Shown piece by piece: positions 50,041 through 58,463 of a DNA stretch of 64,000 bases. Source of the DNA: Longimicrobiales bacterium (lineage in GTDB: Bacteria; Gemmatimonadota; Gemmatimonadetes; Longimicrobiales; RSA9); assembly GCA_035513295.1 (NCBI GenBank), contig DATKCH010000001.1, positions 12,243 through 76,242 on the forward strand, in the 5' to 3' direction. Each line of letters starts with the position of its first letter. Within the stretch, counting starts at the first letter, position 1. The position numbers were made by a program, and so were the translations under genes. The notes beneath the pieces were generated by a model that saw only the letters and a program-made list of their open reading frames with translations, did no database searches and was not told where the DNA came from.

Positions 50041-52682
50041 CGGGCTTCGCGTTCCTGGCCGATGTGGCCTTGAAGAGCGTCCTCATTCTCGCGGCGGCCA
50101 CCGCGGTAATCGCCACGCTCCGGGGTTCCTCCGCCGCGTTCCGACACATGCTCTGGACGCTGGCCCTCGCGTCGGTCGCCGCCCTGCCGGTTCTGAAGGC
50201 GGGCCTGCCGGGCTGGTCGCCGCCCGGCGCCGTCCTGCTCTCCCGGGGGGTCGCTAGCGACGGCGGTGCGGAGAGCGTCCGTGATCGGGGCGAGGCCACG
50301 GCTCCGCAAGCCGACGCGTCCGCTCCGGTGGGCGCCGGTAACGCCGAGATCGACCCGGAACGCGCCGGGGGCGTCCTGACCGACCGCCCGCGTGACGCCG
50401 CGGCGTCCGGCGGGAGACCCGCCGAGGTGGCGGCCTCGAGCGGCGGGGAAGATGCGCGACCCGTGTCGGGACCGGCCGGGGGCGGCGCCGTGGCCGCGAC
50501 CGGTTCGCCCGACGACCCCGCGCGCACCGGCCACGAAGCTGGCCTAGAGGGGGCCCTTCCGTGGGCCGGCCTGCTCGTGGCGCTCTGGGGCGCCGGCGTG
50601 CTGGCGGTCCTGGGCAGGAACTGGCTCGGCCTGCGGGCGGTCCGACGGCTCGAACGACGGTGCACGCCGATCGAGGGCGGGCCGGTCCTGGCGCAGGTGA
50701 ACCGCCTGGCGCGCGAGGCGGGCATCCCGGCTCCGCGGCTGCTGCGTGGTCCCGAGGATCTCATGCCCATGGCGTGGGGGGTCTTGCGTCCAACCATCGC
50801 CCTTCCCGCGGCGTTCGCCGGCTGGCACCCCGGGCGAGTGCGCGCCGTGCTCCGCCACGAGATCGCGCACGTCCGCCGCCGCGACCCGCTGTCACAGTGG
50901 CTCGCCGCCGTCGTCTGCGCGCTCCACTGGTACAACCCGTTCGCGTGGCACGCCGCGGGCCGGCTGCGCGCCGAGCGGGAGCTCGCGTGCGACGACGAAG
51001 CGATCGCCGACGCGACACGCCCGAGCGACTACGCCGCCGAGCTCGTCGGGGTCGCGCGCACGATGCGCGCGCCCGCGGCCGGGCCCGCGCTGCCGATGGC
51101 TCGCCCGTCGCAGTTGAGCGCGCGCGTGCAGGCGCTGCTCGACGACCGGCGCAGGCGCGCGCCCGTGCGCCGGGCATCGGTATTCGTCGGAGCGTGCGTC
51201 TCGGCGCTCGTCGTCGCGCCTCTCGCCGCCGCAGCTCCGACGGACGCGCGCGTGGAGTCCGGCGCGAGGCTCGACGCCGCGGCCGAAGGCGGCGCCGTCG
51301 AAGCGCCGGCTGCGCTTGCGGATGCCGCCGATCGGGCGCCGAGCACGCGCGGCCGCGACCAGCTCACGCACGGGGATCTCGACACGGGCTCGCACCCCTC
51401 CCGCTGCTGGGAAGGTGACTGGCACGGTTCGAGGACGCACAACGTCAACGACGAGAGGCACCGCCTCAAATGGGAATCGGGCGACTGCGAGCTGGACCTG
51501 CGCCTGGAGGGCGACGTTCGTTTCACCCGTGAGCTGGACGGAATCGACTACATGGGCCCGGGCGCTCGTTTCCTCCTGCGGGAGGACGATGGGGGCGTGC
51601 GCCGGGAACTGGAGGCGGCGCCCGCCCGGGACGGCGCCCCGGTATACACGTTCCGCCTGAGCGGACGCTCGGCGCCCTTCGACGCCGACGCGCGCCGCTG
51701 GTTCGCCGCCATCGTGCTGCAGCTGGCGCGGCACACCGCCTTCGGCGCGGAGCAACGCGTCGCCGGCCTCCTGCGCGATGGGGGACCCGACGCGGTCCTG
51801 GACGAGGTTCCCCTGCTCGGCGGGGACTGGGTACGGTCCGTGTATTTCGGCGAACTGGCCGACCAGGCGGAGTTGGACGGCGCGCACGTGGAGCGTGCTT
51901 TGCGGCTCGCGACGAGTCAAATCGAGTCCGACCACTACCTCGCGACGGTGGCCGGCGATCTGGCCGGAGAGGGTTCCCTGACCCCCGGTTCCCGGGACGC
52001 ACTCCTGGGCACCATCGCGGCCATGGACTCCGACCACTACAAGGCCGAGGTCACCGAGCGCGCCCTGGACGGCGGTGCGCTGGGGCCCCGCACGCTCGCT
52101 ACGCTGCTGGACGCGGTCGAGCGCATCGACTCTGACCACTACAAGGCGTCGATCCTTACCGGCGCCGCCCGGAGCTACGCGCTCGACGCGGGAGAGCGGG
52201 ACGCCTACGTCCGCGTCGCCCACAGCATGGACTCCGACCACTACCGGTCCGAGGTGCTCAACGCGCTCCTGGACCGGGGTGGCGAGGGAGTGGCGGAGGC
52301 CGTCGCGGTGGCGACCGCGGACGCGATGGACTCCGACCACTACGCGGCGGAGGTCATGGTCCGAGTCGCGTCCCTGGGTGCGCCCGGCCGCGAGGTTCAG
52401 CGCGCCTTCGTGCGCGCCGTTTCGGAGATCGACTCGGACCACTACCGGACGCAGATCCTGCGCGCGCTGCTGGACGCGGGCGCCGACGACCCCGAGCAGG
52501 TGGCCACCGTCCTCGTCGCGGCGCGCGCGATCGACTCCGACCACTACCTCGCGGAGACGCTGACAGCGGTCGCGGAGCGCGTGCGACTGGAAGGTCCGCT
52601 GCGAGACGCGTTCGAGGAGACCATGAGCGGGATCGACTCGGAGATCTACTACGCACGGGTCTCGCGGCTGCTGAACCGGTAG
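50037..52682 (+). CDS. BlaR1-like M56 peptidase signal transducer with novel C-terminal repeat domain
   Basis: The ATG overlaps the blaI stop (ATGA). TM helices are present, with a zinc site HEIAHVRRRD (HExxH) plus ERELACDDEA. After the last TM helix (SVFVGACVSALVVAPLAAAA) comes a domain of about 430 aa ending in 34-aa DSDHY repeats. Confidence 0.85.
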   Translation: MTGFAFLADVALKSVLILAAATAVIATLRGSSAAFRHMLWTLALASVAALPVLKAGLPGWSPPGAVLLSRGVASDGGAESVRDRGEATAPQADASAPVGAGNAEIDPERAGGVLTDRPRDAAASGGRPAEVAASSGGEDARPVSGPAGGGAVAATGSPDDPARTGHEAGLEGALPWAGLLVALWGAGVLAVLGRNWLGLRAVRRLERRCTPIEGGPVLAQVNRLAREAGIPAPRLLRGPEDLMPMAWGVLRPTIALPAAFAGWHPGRVRAVLRHEIAHVRRRDPLSQWLAAVVCALHWYNPFAWHAAGRLRAERELACDDEAIADATRPSDYAAELVGVARTMRAPAAGPALPMARPSQLSARVQALLDDRRRRAPVRRASVFVGACVSALVVAPLAAAAPTDARVESGARLDAAAEGGAVEAPAALADAADRAPSTRGRDQLTHGDLDTGSHPSRCWEGDWHGSRTHNVNDERHRLKWESGDCELDLRLEGDVRFTRELDGIDYMGPGARFLLREDDGGVRRELEAAPARDGAPVYTFRLSGRSAPFDADARRWFAAIVLQLARHTAFGAEQRVAGLLRDGGPDAVLDEVPLLGGDWVRSVYFGELADQAELDGAHVERALRLATSQIESDHYLATVAGDLAGEGSLTPGSRDALLGTIAAMDSDHYKAEVTERALDGGALGPRTLATLLDAVERIDSDHYKASILTGAARSYALDAGERDAYVRVAHSMDSDHYRSEVLNALLDRGGEGVAEAVAVATADAMDSDHYAAEVMVRVASLGAPGREVQRAFVRAVSEIDSDHYRTQILRALLDAGADDPEQVATVLVAARAIDSDHYLAETLTAVAERVRLEGPLRDAFEETMSGIDSEIYYARVSRLLNR
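51819..52679 (+). repeat. 8 canonical (+1 degenerate) tandem 34-aa (102-bp) 'DSDHY' protein repeats in the BlaR1-like C-terminus
   Basis: [IM][DE]SDHY hexapeptides start at 51921, 52023, 52125, 52227, 52326, 52428 and 52530, with IDSEIY at 52632. Spacing is 102 nt, with one 99-nt interval. A degenerate LLGGDW copy lies 102 nt upstream. Confidence 0.75.
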
Positions 52683-52750
52683 CCGCGCGGAACCGCCGGA
52701 CCGAGCCCCGGTATTGGCACGACGCACTTTCGCGCTACCGGAGCTCGACG

Positions 52751-53356
52751 ATGGAGACCCACAGGTTGCCCGGGTACGGATCGCGTGCGCCGCGCCCGTT
52801 CCCTTGGGCCGGTGCGGCCGCGGCGACGCTCGCGGCGTGCGCCACCCTCGCGGCCTGTTCGGCCGACGCCAACGAATTCCGGCGCGTGGCGGTCGGGGAC
52901 GAAGCGCCGGCCTACGCGGCGCCCGACCTCGCGGGGGACACGGTGGCGTTGGCGGATTTCCGCGGCGAGGTCGTCCTTCTCAACGTGTGGGCGACGTGGT
53001 GCGCGCCGTGTCGCCGTGAGATGCCCGGCCTGCAAGCCCTCGAGGACGGGTTCCGGGCCGACGGCCTGCGCGTAGTTGGAGTCAGCATCGACGCACGCGG
53101 CGCCGAGCGCGCGATCCGGACCTTCGTCGACGACCTGGGCGTGACGTTTACGATCCTCCACGATCCCGACGAGCGGGTCACCCGCGCCTACCGCACGATC
53201 GGGGTCCCCGAAAGCTTCCTGATCGGTCGGGACGGAGTCGTCGCCGCGCGCTGGATAGGCACGTTCGATCCGACGGATGTGTCCACCCTCGCTCGCGTCC
53301 GGGAAGCGCTCGGCGCGGCTGGCGGCGAAGCGGGGGTGACGGAGCGCCGCCGTTGA
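52751..53356 (+). CDS. TlpA/ResA-family periplasmic thiol:disulfide oxidoreductase (lipoprotein)
   Basis: Lipobox LAAC is present. The thioredoxin active site is WATWCAPCRREMP. The fold is AhpC/TSA-like. Confidence 0.85.
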   Translation: METHRLPGYGSRAPRPFPWAGAAAATLAACATLAACSADANEFRRVAVGDEAPAYAAPDLAGDTVALADFRGEVVLLNVWATWCAPCRREMPGLQALEDGFRADGLRVVGVSIDARGAERAIRTFVDDLGVTFTILHDPDERVTRAYRTIGVPESFLIGRDGVVAARWIGTFDPTDVSTLARVREALGAAGGEAGVTERRR

Positions 53357-54102
53357 TGGAGGGACAGAACGTCGGATTCGCCGTCGCGTTCCTCGCGGGC
53401 CTGCTGAGCTTCCTGTCGCCGTGCGTACTCCCGCTCATCCCCAGTTACGCGTCGTTCATCACGGGGATGGGCCTGGACGAGCTGACGGATACTTCGGGGC
53501 GGACGGCGCACGATCGGGGCCGACTGTTCCTGCACGGCGCCCTTTTCGTGCTCGGCTTCAGCGCGGTCTTCATCGCCTTGGGCGCGTCGGCTACGGCGTT
53601 GGGCTCGGCCTTCCACCGCTCCTCGCCCTGGATCGAGCGGATCGGCGGCGGTCTCCTCGTGCTCTTCGGGCTCGTGCTCCTGGGACTGCTCCGTCTGCCC
53701 GGGATGAGCCGGGACTGGCGAGTTCACATGGCCGACAGGCCCGCCGGCTATGCCGGGACCGTGCTGGTGGGTGTGGCCTTCGGGGCGGGGTGGACGCCGT
53801 GCATCGGTCCGGTCCTCGGCGGGATCCTGACGCTCGCGGCTGCCACGTCCTCGGTGGGGCAGGGGACGGCCCTGCTGGCGACGTACTCCGCCGGCCTGGC
53901 GATCCCGTTCGTGCTCGCGACGCTCGCCCTCGACAGGTTTCTCGTCGTGTTCGCGCGTTTTCGCGGCTGGCTGCCCTGGGTCAACCGGGTCGCCGGCGCC
54001 ATGCTCATTGCGGTCGGCCTGCTCCTGCTGACGGGACAGTTCACCGTCCTATCGGCGATGTTCGCGAACTGGACCCCCGACTTCCTTTTGGACCGGCTGT
54101 GA
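53356..54102 (+). CDS. ccdA: Cytochrome c biogenesis / thiol-reductant transporter CcdA (DsbD family)
   Basis: The ATG overlaps the tlpA stop (TGATG). Conserved Cys motifs are LSFLSPCVLPLIP and GWTPCIGPVLGGIL. It has six TM helices. Confidence 0.85.
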   Translation: MEGQNVGFAVAFLAGLLSFLSPCVLPLIPSYASFITGMGLDELTDTSGRTAHDRGRLFLHGALFVLGFSAVFIALGASATALGSAFHRSSPWIERIGGGLLVLFGLVLLGLLRLPGMSRDWRVHMADRPAGYAGTVLVGVAFGAGWTPCIGPVLGGILTLAAATSSVGQGTALLATYSAGLAIPFVLATLALDRFLVVFARFRGWLPWVNRVAGAMLIAVGLLLLTGQFTVLSAMFANWTPDFLLDRL

Positions 54103-54698
54103 CGCTCGGTGCACGCGCCGGGGCGGGCGCTTGCCTGTTCGCCCTGACGTTCCTTTCGGCGCCGGCGACGGCGCAGCAGGATACGAGCGAGGTGGCACCG
54201 GGGCTTCGGCGCGCGCCCCCGGCCGTTCCGATCGAGGGGGTGTTCCTGCTGGACAGCCTCGCCGGGGACGGCCTCGAGGGGATCATCGACCGGGGGGTCG
54301 GGCTGCTCCCCTGGTACAAGCGCCCGTTCGCGCGCGGCAGGCTGCGCGCGACGACCAGGCCGGCCGTGTGGGTGGCGATCGAGCCCGGGCCCGAGGCGCT
54401 ACGGGTGCGCACGGAGGTGCACGACCTCACCATCCCATGGCGCGGCGGTCTCCGAGGCTGGGAATGGAAGGCCGGGGACCCCGTCGACGTCACGGCCTCC
54501 TGGGACGGCGCCGATCTGCTTCAGACCTTTCAGGGCCCGTACGGTGCGCGCTACAATCGCTACGTGCTTTCACCGGACGGCCGTACGCTCGATCTTCGAG
54601 TCCGGATCGAAAGCGACCAGCTCGCGGAGCCGCTGCGCTACCGGTTGGTCTACATCCGGCAGGGCGAGCGGGAGGGCGTCGGGCGTCAGAATCGGTAG
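54099..54698 (+). CDS. Hypothetical secreted protein translationally coupled to ccdA
   Basis: The GTG overlaps the ccdA stop (GTGA). There is a signal peptide ...LTFLSAPATAQQ. The mature part has no Cys. I recognise no family. Confidence 0.55.
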   Translation: MTLGARAGAGACLFALTFLSAPATAQQDTSEVAPGLRRAPPAVPIEGVFLLDSLAGDGLEGIIDRGVGLLPWYKRPFARGRLRATTRPAVWVAIEPGPEALRVRTEVHDLTIPWRGGLRGWEWKAGDPVDVTASWDGADLLQTFQGPYGARYNRYVLSPDGRTLDLRVRIESDQLAEPLRYRLVYIRQGEREGVGRQNR

Positions 54699-54800
54699 GA
54701 ACTCGGCGCCCGGAAGGGGCGGAGGTGGGGACGCGCCGCGCACCCATCTTGCGTCGGCCGGACTCGGAAGAAGTCGAACACTCAAGGCCCGGAGGGTCGT

Positions 54801-55013
54801 ATGTCAGTAGTGAAAGTCATCGAGATCATTTCCGACACCAGTGGATCGATCGAGGAAGCGGTGGAGTCCGCGGTCCGCGAGGCGTCCGAGACCGTGAACG
54901 ATATCAAGGAGGTGTGGGTCTCGAGCATCAAGGCCATCGTCGACGGAGCCAGCGTCAGCGGCTATCGCGTGACCACCAAGATCTCGTTCGTTGTGAGGAG
55001 CGACCGCGACTAG
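54801..55013 (+). CDS. Dodecin-family (flavin-binding) protein
   Basis: The 70-aa sequence MSVVKVIEIISDTSGSIEEAVESAVREASETVNDIKEVWVSSIKAIVDG...YRVTTKISFVV matches the dodecin pattern. SD GGAGGG precedes it. GC is visibly lower than in its neighbours. Confidence 0.75.
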   Translation: MSVVKVIEIISDTSGSIEEAVESAVREASETVNDIKEVWVSSIKAIVDGASVSGYRVTTKISFVVRSDRD

Positions 55014-55193
55014 CGGGACGCGCGGCGGACGGCGTCGGCTCGGCCCCGCGCCGCTGTGACGGCGCGGGGCGTATTGCGCCCGTCATGACGACCGGGCACG
55101 GTGCGCCGGAAATTTCCTTTCCCGCGCCGCGCTTAGGCGGTAGGTTGAGAGCCCCTCCCCGACACTTCGGTCACCTGCATTCCGGGACGAGCC

Positions 55194-56351
55194 ATGTGCA
55201 AGAACTCCCGTGGGGGCACGAGCGTCCGTTCGTTCGCCCTCGCAACGCTGCTGCTGTCGGGTATGATGGTCGGGTGCGAGTCGGACGACGGCATGGGGCC
55301 GCTGGACGACTTCGACGAGGAAGCCACGGCCGCGGACGTGGACGCCGTTCTGAACGCGGTGGATGACGACATCACCGTCACGCTGCTGCTGGCTGGCGAA
55401 GGCCTCGCGACCGCCGCCGGCGCCACCGCCGCGATGCCCGCCGTGGCGAGCCTGCGTCCCGGGTCCGGCGGCATCGCCAGCTTCGGCGACCTCGGCGCCG
55501 CGAAGGTCGAGCTGGCCGCGGCGCGCCTTCTGCCCGCCCTGTACACGAGCGCTTCGCCGGCGGCCGAGCCGATCTTCCCCAGCAACCTCCTCGGCAAGAC
55601 GTTCGTGTGGGGTGGCAGCGGGTACGTCGTCGATGACACCATTACCGGGGCTCCGATCGACGGCGTCCGATTCGTCGTATACGCGATCAGTCCGATTACG
55701 CGCCAGCCGGTCGAGCCGCTCGTCGAGGTGGGTTACCTGGACCTGACCGACGAGAGCAGCCCCGCGTCTTCCCGCCTGGGTCTCCTGCTGATCGACACGA
55801 CCGGCGAGACCGAGGTCGCGCGGGTCGACTACTTCATCGACGTGTCCTTCATAGTCACGGAGACCGCCGCCGCGGCCACCCTGTTCGCCAGCGGGTTCGT
55901 ATCGGACGGGATGGAGACGTTGAACTTCGTCCTCGACCAGACCCTCGAGTTCGAGGAGTCGGGCACGGGTTCCTTCACCGTCGATTACGACTTCATCGTC
56001 GCGAGCTCGGGAGTGTCGCTCGCGTTCGACGCGACGACGTCGTTCGACGCGGAAACGGAAGAGACGTCCGGGCTGGTCGCCACGATGACCCTGTCCGGCG
56101 GTGGGGACGTCGTCGCGCTGAGCGTGACCGAGAGCGCGACGGGAACGCTGGACGGGGAGATCACCTTCAACGGAGTCGTCGCGATCCTGGTGTCGGGGCC
56201 GGCGGTCGCCCCGGCATTCACCCGTCCCGACGGCGGCGAGCTGACCGCCGCGGAGGTCCAGGCGCTGGTCGCCATCGTGGACGCGGTCACGGAGGTGCTG
56301 CTGTTCGCGGAGAAGCTGTTCGCGCCGATCAGCGGCGTGATCGCGGCCTGA
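55194..56351 (+). CDS. Hypothetical acidic lipoprotein
   Basis: A signal peptide with lipobox LSGMMVGC is present. The sequence is Asp/Glu/Thr/Val-rich and beta-like. I recognise no family. Confidence 0.6.
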   Translation: MCKNSRGGTSVRSFALATLLLSGMMVGCESDDGMGPLDDFDEEATAADVDAVLNAVDDDITVTLLLAGEGLATAAGATAAMPAVASLRPGSGGIASFGDLGAAKVELAAARLLPALYTSASPAAEPIFPSNLLGKTFVWGGSGYVVDDTITGAPIDGVRFVVYAISPITRQPVEPLVEVGYLDLTDESSPASSRLGLLLIDTTGETEVARVDYFIDVSFIVTETAAAATLFASGFVSDGMETLNFVLDQTLEFEESGTGSFTVDYDFIVASSGVSLAFDATTSFDAETEETSGLVATMTLSGGGDVVALSVTESATGTLDGEITFNGVVAILVSGPAVAPAFTRPDGGELTAAEVQALVAIVDAVTEVLLFAEKLFAPISGVIAA

Positions 56352-56374
56352 CCGGTCACATCCGCCCGGCGTAG

Positions 56375-56409
56375 CGAACGGGGGAGGCGCCTGGCGCTTC
56401 CCCCGTTCG
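56375..56409. terminator. Hairpin between convergent genes (possible bidirectional terminator)
   Basis: CGAACGGGGGA (56375-56385) pairs with TCCCCCGTTCG (56399-56409). It lies between the stops at 56351 (+) and 56455 (-). Confidence 0.45.
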
Positions 56410-56454
56410 TCGTCCTCACGCCGGGTCGCACGCGGGCGCCCCGACGGACGGTCG

Positions 56455-58332
56455 TCACACGCGGAACCGTCCCACCAACTCCTTGAGGTCCAGCGCGGTC
56501 CTTTCGAGCGCGCGCACGGAGGCCACCCGATCTCCGTTGCCCCCCGCGCCGTCCTCCGCGACGAGTCGACGGACCGCGGCCCCGACCTGCGCGCTCTGCG
56601 CGGCCATCTCCTCGGCCGTCGCGGCCTCTTCCTCCGCTCCGCTCGCGAGCTCGTCCACCGCGGCGCGGCCCCGCGACACCGCGCCGTCGATATCGCGAGC
56701 GCGCCCGGAGATCGCCTGGGCCTGCCGGTTCGTCGCCTCGAGCGAGGCGACGATGCGCCGCAGGGCCTCTGCCGACCGACCGGCCTCTAGCACGGCCGCC
56801 TCGACCTGTCCGGCCTCGTCGCGCATGGCGCCCACCGATTCCGCGACGCCCTCGCGGATGTTGGCTACGAGGGCGGCGATCTGCTCCGCAGCCGCCGACG
56901 CCCGCTCGGCGAGCTTCCGGATCTCGCCGGCGACGACCCCGAACGCGCGCCCTTCCTCTCCCGCTCGTGCCGCCACGATGGACGCGTTGATCGCCAGGAG
57001 ATTCGTCTGCTTGGCGATTTCGAGGATCGTCTCCACGATCGACTCGATACGGCCGGAATGCTCCTGCAGCGTCTCCACGGCGCGCGCGGTCTGTCCGACG
57101 CGCTCGCCGACGCTTTGAATGCCACGAACCGCGGCGGCCACCGTCTCGCTGCCCTCGCGCGCGACCGCGACGCTCGCCTCCGCCGATGTCGCGAGCGCGT
57201 CGGCGGCCAATGCCACTTCGGCGGTCGAGGCGGAGATGTCCCTGACGACCCCGGCCACCTCCTGGCTGCGGGCGGCCTGCTGGTGCGCGGCCTGAGCGAT
57301 CTGCTCGATCGCCGCGTCCAGCTCCACCACCGCGCTCGCGGATTCGTGCGCGACGCTGGCGATCTGGCCCGCGTTGTCGGCGACGTCGTCGCTGACCGAG
57401 CGGATGCGCGAGATCACATCGCGGAAGCCGGTGAGCATGGCGTTGAAGGACTGCACGAGACGGCCGACCTCATCCCGACGATCGATGTCGCTGACGCCTT
57501 CCCCATCGATTTGTGCCACGGTCAGGTCGCCGCGCGCGAGGCTCTCGGTCTTGCGCACCGCCAGCACCAGGAGCCGCGTGATCTGGCGGGTGACCAGCCA
57601 CGCGAGCGCGGACCCGATCAGGATCACGACGACGAGGCCGAGCCACGCGATGAGGCGCGTCCGGTCGATGTCCCGCTGGACGGTCATCCCGAGCCCGCTG
57701 CTCCGGGCGTCGTGGTCCTGCTCGAGCTCGTCGATGTGTATGCGGAAGTCGTCGAGGGCGGCCTGCGTGCGCTCCAGGGCCGAGCGGATCGCGGCGTCGT
57801 CCGCGCGCTCGGCGATCAGGGCGCGGGCATCGCCGCCCGCGCGCGCCATCGCGTCGCGAGCCTCGAGCGCCCGTCCGGCCACCGCGCGCCGGTCCTGCGC
57901 CAGGCCGCCGATGGCGAGGTAGTCGCCGAGGCGCGTCGCCGTCTGCTCGATGTTCTCGTCGTAGAAGGCGAGCCATTCGGATCGCGCACTATCGTCGATC
58001 GCCGCCGCCGCGTTCGACAGGCCCAGGGCAGCCTGATACCCGTCCCGGTCGATGTTGAGGATCAAGCCCAGGCCGCCCACCTCTTGGAAGGCGAGCCTGT
58101 CGACCGTGTCGGCCTCGTGCGCGGCCCTTTCGGCGAGTATCAGGACGAGAGCGGAACTGAGCGCCAGGATGGCGCCCACCATGGCGAGCAGCTTGACCAG
58201 GATCGGCCAGTCGCGCGTGGACAGCCCGCGCGCGCGTGCCGGCCTGTCGTTGGCTCGGCCGCCGTCCGCTGTCCCGGCGGGGGCGTTCGCCTCCGGGCGG
58301 GGCTGCGCGTCCGACCCGTGCGTCTCGGGCAT
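56455..58332 (-). CDS. Methyl-accepting chemotaxis protein
   Basis: Two TM helices flank a helical periplasmic domain. A HAMP domain is followed by the highly conserved signalling hairpin [39 protein letters not shown]. Confidence 0.85.
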   Translation of the reverse strand: MPETHGSDAQPRPEANAPAGTADGGRANDRPARARGLSTRDWPILVKLLAMVGAILALSSALVLILAERAAHEADTVDRLAFQEVGGLGLILNIDRDGYQAALGLSNAAAAIDDSARSEWLAFYDENIEQTATRLGDYLAIGGLAQDRRAVAGRALEARDAMARAGGDARALIAERADDAAIRSALERTQAALDDFRIHIDELEQDHDARSSGLGMTVQRDIDRTRLIAWLGLVVVILIGSALAWLVTRQITRLLVLAVRKTESLARGDLTVAQIDGEGVSDIDRRDEVGRLVQSFNAMLTGFRDVISRIRSVSDDVADNAGQIASVAHESASAVVELDAAIEQIAQAAHQQAARSQEVAGVVRDISASTAEVALAADALATSAEASVAVAREGSETVAAAVRGIQSVGERVGQTARAVETLQEHSGRIESIVETILEIAKQTNLLAINASIVAARAGEEGRAFGVVAGEIRKLAERASAAAEQIAALVANIREGVAESVGAMRDEAGQVEAAVLEAGRSAEALRRIVASLEATNRQAQAISGRARDIDGAVSRGRAAVDELASGAEEEAATAEEMAAQSAQVGAAVRRLVAEDGAGGNGDRVASVRALERTALDLKELVGRFRV

Positions 58333-58463
58333 GACTCGAGGGGGTTGTGGTCAATCCGGGGAGAGTGACCGCTCCCAACGTAGCGCCGGCAGGAGACCGC
58401 AGCCAGGGTTCGTGCGCGCCGCGAGTCCCTCGACGGCCGACTCCGACGCGGCGGCGGATTCCG

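Noticed and set aside
50892-52727. 611-aa ORF antisense to the BlaR1-like gene, including the repeat region
   Set aside because: The periodic DSDHY signal, HExxH site and TM helices are all in the + frame. The antisense product is low-complexity Arg/Val/Gly.
54549-54565. GCTACAATCGCTACG, resembling the BlaI operator half-sites
   Set aside because: The arrangement is direct, not inverted. It lies inside a CDS where it encodes RYNRY, so it is most likely chance.
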